Origin: Cycas panzhihuaensis | Taxonomy: Eukaryota > Plantae > Cycadophyta | Assembly: GCA_023213395.1 (NCBI GenBank) | Contig: CM041465.1 | Location: 145,831,741-145,895,740, forward strand | Length of the DNA: 64,000 nucleotides | Direction: 5' to 3' | Shown here: positions 37,393 through 50,908 of the stretch, piece after piece | How the letters are laid out: every line of letters starts with the position of its first letter | Numbering within the stretch: position 1 is the stretch's first letter | Notes under the pieces: model-generated | What the model was told of the DNA's origin: nothing | The model's input: only the letters and a program-made list of their open reading frames with translations | Database searches by the model: none | Program-made: the position numbers and the translations under genes

Positions 37393-40300
37393 TATTATAA
37401 GTAATGTTCATTCTTATTTCATATTCATTTAAAGTTATTTTCATGTGGTTAGAATATTTCCTCATATAGAATATTCTTAGTCAGGCTATTAATTATGGGC
37501 TTAGATGAAGTCAAAATTGGTGGTTAGATCCCACCATAAAATAAGGTAGACTATTAATTATCCACTATGGAAGTAGAAGATATGTAGTTCTATATATGTC
37601 TATTGTAATTAACTGTTTTGATCAATGAGAATTTTGAGACTTGTGATTCATTAGTGTTTTCTCATTTTTTACTTCTTATGCATATAACTAATGCTATTAA
37701 TTTTACTCCCATTCTTTTTCTCTGACATGGTATTAGAGCCATGTTTGATTGTCTTGTGTTTCATGTAAAGAGGGTTTATAATTTTCATGTGACTATCTAA
37801 GTTGTTGCTAGGCATTGTTATTAATGAGACTCTGTGCAGGTATATTGTTTGGTGAGACTCCTCGTGTGGTCTGTTATGGCTCCTTCCGTGGGCATGTTAC
37901 GCCTCTTATGGGCATTGAATTCCTTGTCTTTCTTATGTATAGTGGCAAAGATCAACTCCTGGTGGCATATTCATAGTGTAAGGTAATTAGTATTTATCCT
38001 CTATGTTATTTAGTGTAGGATTTACTTGAAGTATTTTCTTATCGACTGCCTCTTCTCTACCTACCTTGTTGTCCATGTGAATATTGGAGGAATGGTAGTA
38101 AATTCTTGCTTGAAACCCTTGAGAAATGGTGGTTGTTTTGATCCTCATTACACCACAAATCTACACCGAAATTTTCATCCGGATCTAATGATTCAGATGA
38201 GAGAAAACTCGATCTAAAGCTTTGTGAGTTTGTTGCTTGAGTTGTGCAAAATTTTTTATAAGTTGCAAACAAATTTGTTCTCAAGTGTATAACTCTAGGT
38301 TATACATATTAAAATATTTCAAGAATATTCTATTTCTAATTTACCCTTTATGCTAAAGTTTGTCTTTTTAAAAGACTTTTATTTTTTGTTTTCTAATTTT
38401 GTCTTGTTAAGAAGGTTTTTTACTTGTTATTTTTGTCTTTTTGTGGTCATAAGACCTTGCAGTCACTGAGTCATTTATTTTTTTAGTCATACTAATGGTT
38501 TAACATCAACTCACAAGCTTATTTTCTTATTAAAAAAAATATTGTGTTTTTTGTAAATATTGTTAGCTATACTTTGTTAGAATCATATAAATTAGATAGA
38601 AAAAATTATGTAATTTAGAAATTTAAAAATTTCAATCTCTTGGCATTGCATAGGCTAAAAGAGGTTGTTGAAAGTAAGGATACGAATCCTAAAACTAAAC
38701 CACTTGGTGACCTTAAATTAGTAACTTTGGAAAATAGAAAGGTTAAAGCACTGACAATCGTTAATTTATTGGCACAAGATTAGTTAATTACTCATCTTTA
38801 AGGCAAAGATTCTATAGTCGAAGCATGGAAGATTCTTAAGGAGCTGTTCGAAACAAAGATGAGACAAAGGTCTTATATCTTCAAAATTTTCTTTACTTCT
38901 GTTAAATGTCCATTAATGATTTTATCTCTTATTGCTTACAAAAATTGAAAGAGATAAAAGAGAAACTAGTTGTTATAGGAGAAATTGTAGAAGATAAAGA
39001 GTTGGTCAACATCATTTTGAATAGCTTGCATGAAGGCTATAACATCTTTGTAACAAGCTTGTGTCTTATAAGCCGACCTGAACCTCTCTCATTTGATGAG
39101 TTGGGGGTTTATTATTACATAAAGAGCAGTCAATTGGCTTTTATAGTAGTGAAAGTAGCAATACTATGGTTCTTTTATTAAAAAAAACCACTAAATAATC
39201 ATCCCAAGCAACGACTACAAAGTTGCAACAACAATAACAATACATGCAAATCAAAATGCAATATTGTCTGCAAGTATTATGGTAAAAAAGGACATTTGGA
39301 GAAGCAATGTTGGAAGAAGAAAGTAGATAAAAAGAAAAACATTTTAACTTTCTTTGCAAATGATGATGACAAAGTGTTTTCTTTCAATGCTATAAATCCA
39401 TATTAATGCGAGTGGTATGTAAACTTTGGTGCATTTAAACATATCATTTGATAACAAAGTGTTTGTTTTTAATGCTATAAATCTATATTTATGCGAGTGA
39501 TATTTAGACTCTGACATCTAAACATATCACTTATCACAATGATTGAATTAAAGATTTGAAAAATTGCCAACTTCTTCCTGTTATATTTGGTGACAACAAT
39601 CAATATCAAGTAATGGGATATGGCACTATCAGTATTTATCAACCTGAATATGGGGCATTCAAGGTTTCAAATGTTTTGCTTGTACCCTCTGTCAAGCACA
39701 ATTTGCTTTATGTTAGTTGTATCACTAAATAAAAAGTTAGAGTTGAGTTCAATGAGTTAAAATGTCTAATAAAGAAAGAAGATATTGTAATAACTCAAGG
39801 TGTTCAAGAGAATAGAGTTCATAAATTCTACGAAATATATGAGCACGATCTTATTGCATATAATTTTGTTGACACTTTATGGCATGGTTGCTATGGTTAT
39901 TTGGACTACTCTAGTCTTCAATTAATGAATAGATTAAGAATGGTAGATGATTTACCATTAGTTCAAAAAACTAATAAAGTTTGTGAGGCATGTGCACTTA
40001 GGAAGCAGTATTAGAAACCTTTTTAAAAGTCTAAGTGGTAAACTAAGGAAATATTAGAGTTGATTCAGTCTGATTTATGTGGGCCCATTTCGCCACCTTC
40101 GTATGGAGGAGGACAATATCTCATCACTTTTATTGATGACTATATCAAAAAATGTTGGGCATATCTTCTTAAGCATAAATTAGATACTTTTGTAAGCAAG
40201 GCTAAAGCTAAAAATCTTTCTAATAAAAGGATCGAGATTTTAAGGAGCGATAATGCAGGCGAATATCTATCTATTGAATTCACCAAATTATGCAGAAGTC

Positions 40301-41720
40301 ATAGAATCTAATATTAGTTTATAACATCATATACTCTACAACAGAATGGCATAATAGAGCAAAAGAATTATATTATTTTTGAAATGGTGCAATGTATGAT
40401 GAAGACAAAAGATGTTACTAAAGGTCTTTGGGGAGAAGCAGTTAATATGACTATCTATTTGCTAAATATAAGGCATACCGAGACAATTTGAAATGTAACT
40501 CTTGAAGAAGCCTAGACTACTCTAAAATGATTTGTAGCTCATCTTTGCATCTTTTGATGCACAACCTATGCAGATTGACTTAATAAAAAGAGGCACAAGC
40601 TTATGACAAGAGTAAAACTATATTATTATTGGGTATAGTTTGATATAAAAAACATATAGGCTTTAGAGTTTTATTGAGAAGAAAATTATTTTTAGTAGAT
40701 ATGCCTTGTCTAAAAACACTGATAAAAATCTTATTATACCTATTGCAAGTGATGAAAAACTAAAAGATAAAAAAAATAGAGTGAGTGAGGAAAGTGAAAT
40801 TGAAAGAACTTATGATGAAGTTTCTAATTCCGTTTTTTCTCCCTCTTTTATTGATCATTCGTTTTCACAAAGGAAATTACCTAAATGGTATCTGCAAACC
40901 ATTAAAGATTTTTGAACTATAAATCGTGACTTAGGCATACAAACTAAGAGTAAAACCAACTTTGCCTTAACGTAAAAAATCTTAAGTATCGATGAACCAT
41001 AGTCGCTTTACGAAGCCAAGGATTTGGTTTAATGGCAAGTAGCCTTGAAGGAAGAATATGACTCCATTATTAAAAATGACACTTGGGATCTTTTTGTGTT
41101 ACCTTCTAGAAAGAAAGTAATTGGTTGTAGATGGGTATATTAAGTTAAGTATTGATCTGATGGTGCTGTAGAGTGATACAAAGTTTGACTTGTTACAAAA
41201 AATTATGCTCAAACAATGGTAATTGATTGTGAAGAGACTTTTGCGTTACTAGCAAAGATGATTACTATTAGGATGCTAGTGTCTTTGTAAATCAATTTGG
41301 TTAGGAACTTCATTAGATGGACATAAAAAATGCCTTTTTGAATGCCATTCTTGATGAGGAGGTCCATATGGAGTAACCTGAAGAATTTGAAAAAGTGGGA
41401 TATGAGTAGTTTGCTTGCAGATTGAAGAAAGCTCTAATAGGCATCAAGGGCATGGTATTCATGCATCGATGATCACTTTATCTCTTTTGGATTTACCAGA
41501 TGTGAATTAAATCATAACTTGTATGTATTATATGAGGATGATAAAATTCTAAGTATAGCTTTGTATGTTGATGATCTTATTATAACTAGTAGTAACACTA
41601 AAATGATCAATTTTGTCAAAAAGTAATAGTCTGAAGTTTTTGAGATGATTGATTTTGAACTTTATGTTTTTATCTTGGGATGAAAATTTGACAAAAGAGT
41701 GAGAACAAGAGCCAAAGTAT
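37393..41720 (+). mobile_element. 3'-truncated Ty1/Copia element inserted in the Gypsy 5' LTR
   Basis: LTR ~37393-37727 and PBS TGGTATTAGAGC. Gag 38906-39181, integrase IQSDLCGP..FIDDY..LRSDNAGEY and RT up to LYVDDLII. RNase H and the 3' LTR are missing. Confidence 0.88.
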
Positions 41721-44700
41721 TATGATTGTATAGATGTACCCAATAATATTCATTATTGTTAATTAGGATTTTTGTGTTATAAATGATCAAGAGTCATGTT
41801 GTAAAAATTATACTTTTTTGGGTTTTGGCCATGTAAAAGTGTATAAAAGAGTCATTTCTATTGTTGGTTCAATGGTGAGAGTTGAACAATTGAGTTTTGT
41901 GATATGTTTTCAAGGGTGAAAGTTGGGTAATCACAATGATGCAATCTTCTATTAAGTGATGATAATAAAATATACTAGTTATGTGGGAATGCTTGTGCAT
42001 CTATGTGATTATTGGTTGCTACTAGTGTGATGATTGCTATGTTGCATGTGTGAGAATGTTGTAAGTTGACATTTATCTTATAAGTATTTGGAAGTGTAGT
42101 TGATGTAAAAAATGTGAAGAGAACACAAGATAGATACATTATCAGACAGTTTTAAGATGTCGGTGGGTTGAATGTCTGTCAACATTGGTTTTGTTGTTAA
42201 ATACCGTTGAGTAGAAAAGAACCTGGGGCTTTGAGGTAGGTGACAATGAACATAAAGATCAAAAGACCCTAGTTGTTGTCGTGATGGTAATTTCTAACTA
42301 AACCACAACAATTGGGGGACCTTTTAAGGCCACTTAAGAAGATTTTGAAAAATAAAGTACCAAAATCTAGTTTTAACAGGGCAATACATTGGGAAAAAGA
42401 GAGGAAATTGAGGCAAGTGCACAAAAGGGATACACTGCCAAGAGGAAAAATTAAAGAACCATCTAATGAGAGTGGATGGACAACACCGCAAGCAACTACA
42501 AGTGAAAGAGGCAGTGCGGTAGAAGACACTATGTCCAACTTATTTGACCTAGAGGGAGTTTTGATAGTAGGTGAAGAGTTTGATCTAGAAGGAAGCTTAA
42601 AGAGCATAAGCGGAGAAGAAGAATGTGAAGAAGAAGGTCCTAAGTCAAATTGGGAAAATTACTTCACTAGAAAATTATTTCATACATCACTAAAATCTAG
42701 AGAAGGTTTGTCTATAATCCAAATAACTTTGGCAATACAAATATCAAGAGTAGGAGTAATACAAGTAAAGACCTCCAGTATTAACCCATTATTTAGGGAG
42801 AAGGAAGAGACAACACTAGAGGGGGTTTATTACCTAAACTTGATAAAGGAAAAATGAAAGTATCAACACCTAGGACATCTCCCAAGATGGTGTCCCTTAG
42901 GTACCATGATGAGAGTGTATTCAATCATTTGAAGTTTAATGGATCTACCAATGTAGAGGAGCATGTGTATCTTTCCAAGAATCTAATTGAGATACAAAAT
43001 ATTGCAAATGAAAAAGACATCAAAGGAAGGTTCATAAGTACACTAAGAGGAGTATTGCTAGTATGGTACAAGGAGATAGATGGAACTAGCAAGACTTGGC
43101 AAGAAATTTATGATGCCTTTAAGGAAAGATTACAAAAGTTGAAAAGTAATGAGATCATACTCCAAGTACTTGGAAAATTAAAACAACAGTTAGGAGAATC
43201 GGTGTTGGACTATTCTAGTCAAATGTCTAAGATAGCAATCAACATTATAAGTAAGGAATGGGCTACAATCACAATTGAGAAATATTTTAAAACAAAGGCC
43301 AGATAAGTTATTTTCCAAAACAAAGGAGATTGCTTTAAAATTTGAAAAGGAGTTATATGTAGAAGATTTTGGTATCTAAGATAATGTTTTAAAAATGCTA
43401 CATGATAAAATCAAGGAATTGAGGGGTGAAAGAGCATGCAAAGCAATAACAAAATAGGAATCCTTAGAAATTGAAAGATTGAGGGAAGAAGTTGTAAGGT
43501 TAAAACTAAGAGAGATGAAGAAGGAACCTATGGATGAGTAACCAAGCAACACTAGGAGATCAACACAAGGACTTGATCCAAGATATTGTTATGTTTGTGA
43601 GGAGGGTACTCACAACACTAAGGAATGTTGCCTTAGCCCAAAGAATTATGTTATAAAAGAAAAGAAATGGTGTCACATCTATGGTACAGATACTCGCATC
43701 ACCAAAGTTTGTTTCCATAACCCAAGAAATGTGAAAAAGGAGCAAAAGTGGTGTCATATATGTGATATAGACATCCATATGACAAAGGAATGTTATCGTA
43801 ACCCTAGGGGCAAAAATGCGTAAGGTAGAGGTTGAGGAAGAGGAGGTGACTCCCAACCAATGTATAACACAAAACAACACAAGAAAGGAAGGAGAAGCTT
43901 AAGAAGAAAGGGCTAGTAGTAAGATGCTTATTTTGTTTACAATTTAGACATTGGAGGTTGGATTGTCTGTACGAGAAATCAGAGGACAAAAGCACACACA
44001 TTTTCCCTAAATGTGGCCCATGTAACCATGCACCCACATATTGCTCATTCAATATAATAAGTGACAATCTAACAATAATGGTGCTAGATATACCAAAATC
44101 CTTAAATCTCCAAATGAAAAGTGGGTTGTAATTGAAAGGGAAAGAGGTAGAAATAGGCTATTCAAAACCTAAGGTGGAGATTAATCATTTTATGAAAGCC
44201 AAATAAGCATTGGAGCAAGTGATGAAAGAAGTAGAAACAACCCATCACTACCTTAACTGGAAATTAAGAATGGATATCAAAGGAGAGGAACATGGAAAGA
44301 AAAAGAAGCAATAATGACAAACCAACCACCATTAATTGAATGTGATTAATTATTTCAAAACATACCAGTGAAGGACATCCCAAAGATGTTAGTTTTGATG
44401 GAAAAATTAGCAAAGCAATTACAATTGACAATTCCACTAACACAAGTAATAGCGTGGATTAAACTGGGATTATTGTAAGTGAAGAAATTTGAGAGAGGAG
44501 CATAAAATATTAACAAGGTATTACCATCTAAATAACGAAGATCCAAAAGTAATAATGTTTGCTTTGGGAGAAACATTTGACAATGTCATTGTAGATGGAG
44601 CTGTAACAGTTAACTTGTTACATGTTCAAACTTGGAAACACTTGGCAAGTCCAAGCATGCAACTTGTGGCCTATTCATTAAAACTAACCAATGAACTTCA

Positions 44701-45757
44701 AATCAGGTAATTAGGAAAGGTCACTGATGTAAAAGTGAATGTAGTAGGAATTACGGTATCAATGGAGTTCATGGTATTTAAAGCGATAGAAGGAATGCTC
44801 TCATATCTAGCCCTACTTAGAAGACCATGGCTGTACATGATAGATTGTTTGCAAAATTGGAAGCGATGGACATTCACTCTTTGTAAATATGAGGAAGAAG
44901 TGACCCTCCCTATGTTGGAAAAGTTAAAGAGCATGATTGAAGTAAACCTAAACAACACATCCAACATAACCATTGCTAGCAAAAGCACTATCTCTTCCAT
45001 CAAGGAAACAAAAATATAAAGCACAATGGAAGAGCCCACAACTATGAATAATTCCTATGAAGAAGACCCAGATGGATTTGGAGAACTCCATCCATAATTG
45101 AACTCAAATAGTAAAGAGACCAATAATTACCTTGAAAATTGGCTACAAGGGATATGTGAAGTATCTTGCCTCTCTTTCTGTTCTTCATCGTAAAAAACCT
45201 ATGACTTCAATAAGATAAATAACAATATTGATTAGTTGGTTGTGGGTGGTACTGATAATGATAGTATTAACTTGGATAGTATAATTGGTGGTGTAGATAG
45301 TGGCTCTCTGAGTAAGAACCTAGAAATGATATTAGAACTAGAAAATCAATAAATGAACCCCTAACAATTGAACAAAGTGATGATTTAATTAGGATAGATG
45401 ATGTATTTTCTGATCATATCCCCAACACTACCCTAACCCTTAATTCCTCTTGGAAGGATGGAAATAACAGTGAATCCATCTTGAACCCTAACCCTATACT
45501 CTTCCTTGAACTAGGTGCAAGGGAATGTCCATTCCCACCCTAATCCTCTCTACCTTGTTTTATGGCCTCTAACCCTAATGCCCTCAAACCTCCTTATAGG
45601 ACCTCTAGCCTTAACACTCCCCAATCCTCCCCTAGGGTTAATAACCCTAGTTCCCTTCTTGTTAGACCGACTTATTTTATTACATGTTAGGAGCAACATG
45701 ATAGAATTAGCTATTATGGAAGGAACGTACTAAAGAAGTTTCTTGAGATGAGTTAAA

Positions 45758-48700
45758 TGTTAAAATTAGGCAGAGTGACCTCTTTAACAATTCAAAAAAG
45801 ATGACTTTAGATTTATTTGGAGACTATGTCTCTATAAATACAAGATGGTACCATGACCATTAGAAAGAGTGAAGTAACTGATAATTCTAGAGATGACAAG
45901 TGTCACAAGTTGTGATATCGGTTACTTTGGTAAGGGTGTGGACATTACCCCTTTAATTATCCTAGAGATAACACATTACATTCTAACACCTTCTCTTAAT
46001 GCGTTATCTCTTTTAGTCCTAGTTTATTTTTTAAGAACTGGAGTCTATCTTTTCCCAGAGGCTTTGTCATTAGATCTACTACTTGTTCGGTAGTGGGATA
46101 GTATTCAAGCTTAATTTCTTTGTTATGAACTTTCTCTCTTATGAAGTGATGATATACTTATATATGTTTTGTCCTAGCATGTAGGATTAGATTTTTGGTT
46201 AGCTTGATGGTGCTTTGATTGCCACAATACAGAGTTGTTGCTTGATCTTGTTGTTGTTTTATTTTAGCTAAAAGTTGACATAACTAAATTTCTTTATAGG
46301 TTGTTGTTACTGTTGCCTTATATTTAGCTTCAGTTGATGATAATGCAACTGTAGATTACTTCTTACTACTCTATGAGATTGTAGTGATCTTTAAAAGAAA
46401 ATAGTATCCACTTGTGGATTTTCTTTGTTCATTGTCTCCTGCCCAATCAGAGTCACAAAATCCGGTAAGGGTTGCTGAACCTTTTGAGTAGATTAGACTC
46501 AAGTCTTTCGTCCCTTGTAAGTATCTTAATATTCTTCAAGATGCTTTCCAATGTCTTATTTTGGGTTCTTGCATGTATCTAGAAATTATCCTACTGAATA
46601 TGATATATCTGGTTGAGTGGCTGCGAGATATATTAGGCTCCCAACCTGTTGTCTATACAATGTGGCATGTGCTGCTTGTTCCTCAACGGTTACTACTAGA
46701 CCACAATTGACTTCCATTGGAGTTGCACAAGGATTGCAATCCTCCATTTGAAATTTTATTAGCAGATCTCTTATATATTTCCTTTGCAAAATTGAAATGT
46801 AGTTCTGTTCTTGCGTTACCTCTAGTCCTAAATAATAGTTTAAGAGACCCAGATCTATCATTTCAAACCTTTTTTGAAGTTCTTCTTTTATGTTTTTTAA
46901 TGATTCTTTGTTGTTTCCATCAAGAATCATGTCATCTACATAGACAATAATTAATGTGAGTAGCCTATCTCTTTTCTTTGTGTACAAACTTGAGTCTAAA
47001 TCATTTCTTTGAAACCCATTTTGGCACAAGTGTTAATATAATTTTGCATACCAAGCTTGAGAAGCTTACTTTAGTCCATATAAAACCTTCTTTATCTTAC
47101 ATACTAGATGCTCTTATCATTCTTTTACGTATCCTTTAGGTTGTGCCATGTAAACATCCTCTTCAAGTTCTCCATTCAAAAAAGCACTTTTTACATCAAG
47201 CTAAAATTTTTTCCATTTAGTTATGGCTGCTAAGGCAATGATTGTCCTTACCATGTTCATCTTGGCCACTGGTGAGAAGATTTCTTCAAAATCTATGCTA
47301 GGTATTTGTGTATACCCTTTTGATATAAGTCGAGCTTTGTATTTTTTGACTTCACTATTTGCTCCTTCATTGACTTTGTAGATCCACTTGCAGTTGACCG
47401 TAGGCTTGTTTAGAGGCAGATTTACTAAATCCCATGTTGATTTTCAACTATTGAGTCCATTTTACAATCTATTGTAGATATCCATTCTGACATATGCCTG
47501 TCTTCTTAAAAAGATTGTGGTTCTATTCTGCTTAAAAGTGCCTTTGGTTTTTGGCTTCTAGTTTTATGTTCGAATACTTCTCCTTTCGCTTCTTCAATTG
47601 TTCTGATGACCTATTTTGGTAATTTCTTCTCTTCTTTTAAGTTCTACCACTTCTTCTGGTTGATTTGTAGATGTATCTTCTCCCTCATTTGTGTGAGAGA
47701 CTAGTTATTCTGATGTATCGTCTTCAGTGATGGCTTTTGGACTTTCTTTCAATGTGTCCTCAAGTTCTGCCTTCTTGGTTTCTGCTTTGATTATTTGAAT
47801 ATGAGACTTTGTCTTTTGATTATCTTCTTCATTAAAGATAACATCTCTACTTACATAAATCCTATTTATTTTGGAATCTATGCATTTGTAAGCCTTTGAA
47901 TTTTTACTATATGCTATCATAATACATTCTATACATTTTACATCAAGTTTTGATATTTTTTGATCAGGCACATGAATAAAAGCTTGACTACTAAAGATTT
48001 TAAGAGCACAGACATTGGGTTTTGTACTTGACTATGCTTCTTTAGGAGTGATATCTTCAAAGGCTTTTGTTGGATTGTAATTTATCAAGTAGCAAGTGGT
48101 GTTAATGGCTTCAGCCCAATATGATTTTGGAAGTTGTTTTCCGTGCATCATGCTGCATGCTATCTCCATTAGAGTTCTATTTTTTTTTTCTGCAACCCCA
48201 TTGGATTGGGGAGTGTAGGGCGTTATAAATTATTTACATATCTAATTCTGTTTACAAAAGCTCAAGAATTCTTTTGAGATGTATTCACCACCCCCATATG
48301 ACCTGATGCATTTTATCTTTGATTCTGATTCTAGTTCTACTTTTGCTTTGAATTACTTAAAAGCTTCAAATACTTCTAACTTATTGTGAAGAAAGTAAAA
48401 TCATACCTTTCGTGTATAATCATCAATGAAGGTAAGAAAACATATATAACCATTAATTGACAGTGGTATAAGAGGACCATAGAGATCAGTATGGATTAAT
48501 TCCAATCTAGATTGAGTTTGCCATTCACTTTCTTTGAAGGGAAGTCGATGCTGTTTCCCAAATTGACAACTATTGTAGAAAAACTCATCAAATGAGAAGT
48601 GAGGCAAACCATTCACAATTTTTAATTTTTCCATCAATTTCAAAGTGTTCATTGGAAGATGTCCATACTGCAAATGCCACATTTTATTATCAGATTTTAC

Positions 48701-50908
48701 AATAGTACACACTTTCAAGTTTGGGGATACAGGATCTGTAATGAGTTTGTATAAGTCTTCACTTCTTACTTCTTTGGCTATTAGGTTCCCATTGTTTTTT
48801 ATATCTAAATATGACAAAAACCTTCTTCATCAAATACAGTTCTAAGTTTCTTTTTATCGAGTTGTGATACTGATAGAAGATTTATTTTCAAGTCAGGAAC
48901 TGGTAACACATTTCTAATTTTTTTTTACATTTCGATGTAGATTGATTGTAATGGTACCTACCCCTTTTATTGTAAGTGGGTACTTGTCTCCCAGCTCAAC
49001 TGTTTTGTCTGAGTTATATGGTGTCAATATTTTAAACCAATCTTCATGATTGGTCATGTTCCTTGATACTCTTGAATTTATGTACCACGTGTCTTCTTCT
49101 TTAAATCTGGCTAACAATTCTACTACAAAGGCTGTTTCTTCTTCTTTTTCTTCTTTAGTTTTTTCTTTGCTGTAGTTGCCAACGGGTTGCTTCCCTCTCT
49201 GGATGTCTACCCTTTTTTTGTGGACATTGATATCGGTAATGTCCTGACTGACCATAATGACAACATATATCGAAGGCTCTACATGTACTAGCAAAGTGTC
49301 TAGGCTTACCGCATTTGAAACAAAATCTGTTATCTCTGTTACATCCATGTCCTCTGTAATCCTGCCAATGACCACAATTTGGGCTTCTGGATTCTAGAGT
49401 ACGTCCCCTTCTTTGCATTTGATTATGTCCTCAAGATCCAAAAGAGAGTCTAGAGGCGAATGCTTCCTCCAGTTCTGATGATTCTTCATATCATCTATTT
49501 CTCTGTTCCTGTCTTAACAGTAAACCAATTAAATCATTAAGAGTTATGGAGTCAATTTGATTATCGTTTATTATAGAATTGATGGTGACATCAAAGGACT
49601 TTAGAAATTTGTTGGCCACTATTTCAACCAAGGCATTTTTTTGTAATATCATCACTTGCACTTAAGAGATTATTTCTGAGTGAAATAACTCTGTGCATAA
49701 ACTCATTCATTGTATCATTTTCTTTCATATGTAATATGTACAATTCTTCCTTTAGAGTTATTATCCTAGCTTTATTTTTCTACCAAAAAAGATTTTAAAA
49801 ATATTTCCAAATTACTGATGTAGAATTCAACCTTTCCACATAAACAAGAAGTGGATATGAAATTGAGAGCTTTAAGGTGATTACTCCTAAGTTGTCCCTT
49901 TCCAGCTAGTCAGCTAATTTAGTGCTTATATCAGCGGGTTTGATTTCAAACCCATTTGTAATTTTTTAGGTATTTTTAGCCCTTAAGAGAAAGACACCAT
50001 GAAAAACATAATTGAGTGTATTAAATGCTGCTTGTCTATATAACGGTATGAAATTTTGCATGGTACTAAAATTGTACAGAATAGAAAAAGAATGGTCTCA
50101 AAATCAAGAACTCAAAAATGGGTATTCAGATTTATAAGTATTTTCTCGAGATTTGATCTCAATTGAAAGTTATGGCAGAAATTAGGCAAGAACTTGTGTG
50201 GCTAGGGTTTTCATGATTTAGGGAAAAATTCCACAAAAAACAGTGATAATTCTTGCAAGATTGGCCTCAACACTTTCAAAATCAACTAAAGAAGGATTTC
50301 AGATAGATAAATACCAGATTTTTGATCAGATTTCTCAGAAAAATGAGAGGAAAACCTCTAACCGTCACCGAGAAAAGAGGTTGAAAGACCCTCAAAACAA
50401 CCTTAGATCGAGATGATGTTAAAGTGAAAAATGATGAGGATCCTAAGATGTACAATATGGGAAAGTTTGAAGTGATTATGAGAACTCTAAATTTTGAGGT
50501 CTGTACGACTGTATGAATCCGTATAGACTGATCTGCCTTATCTTCAGTGAGTCTGGAACTTGTATTTTCCTTTGTCTTGCTGTAAAGCCTTTTCCTTTAT
50601 TCTATAAAAGATCACACTCTCCAGAATCTAAAAGAACCCTTTCTCAGTCAGGTAGGGTGACCTGCTCTGATACCATGTTAAAATCAGGCAGAGCGATCTC
50701 TTTAACAATTCAGAAAAGATGACTTTAGATTCATTTGGAGACTATGTATCTATAAATACAAGATGGTACCATGACTGTTACAAAGAGTGAGAAGTAACTG
50801 ACAATTTTGGAGATGACAAGTGTCACAAGTTGTGATGTCAATTGCTTTAGTAAGGGTGTGCACATTACCCTTTTAATTGTCCTAGAGATAATACATTACA
50901 TTCTAGCA
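45758..50908 (-). mobile_element. Full-length decayed Ty1/Copia element (related to family A)
   Basis: LTRs 45758-45988 and 50676-50908, TSD TTAAA/TTGAA and PBS GCTCTGATACCA 50664-50675. Gag with CFKCGKPRHFASTC and CCHYGQSGHYRYQC, then PR, INT, RT YVDDMIL and RNase H GFCDSDWAGD..RKSTSGY. Confidence 0.95.

Noticed and set aside
42312-42857. 181-aa ORF as a host gene
   Set aside because: It lies between the PBS and gag of the Gypsy element and is most simply its Gag N-terminal or leader region.
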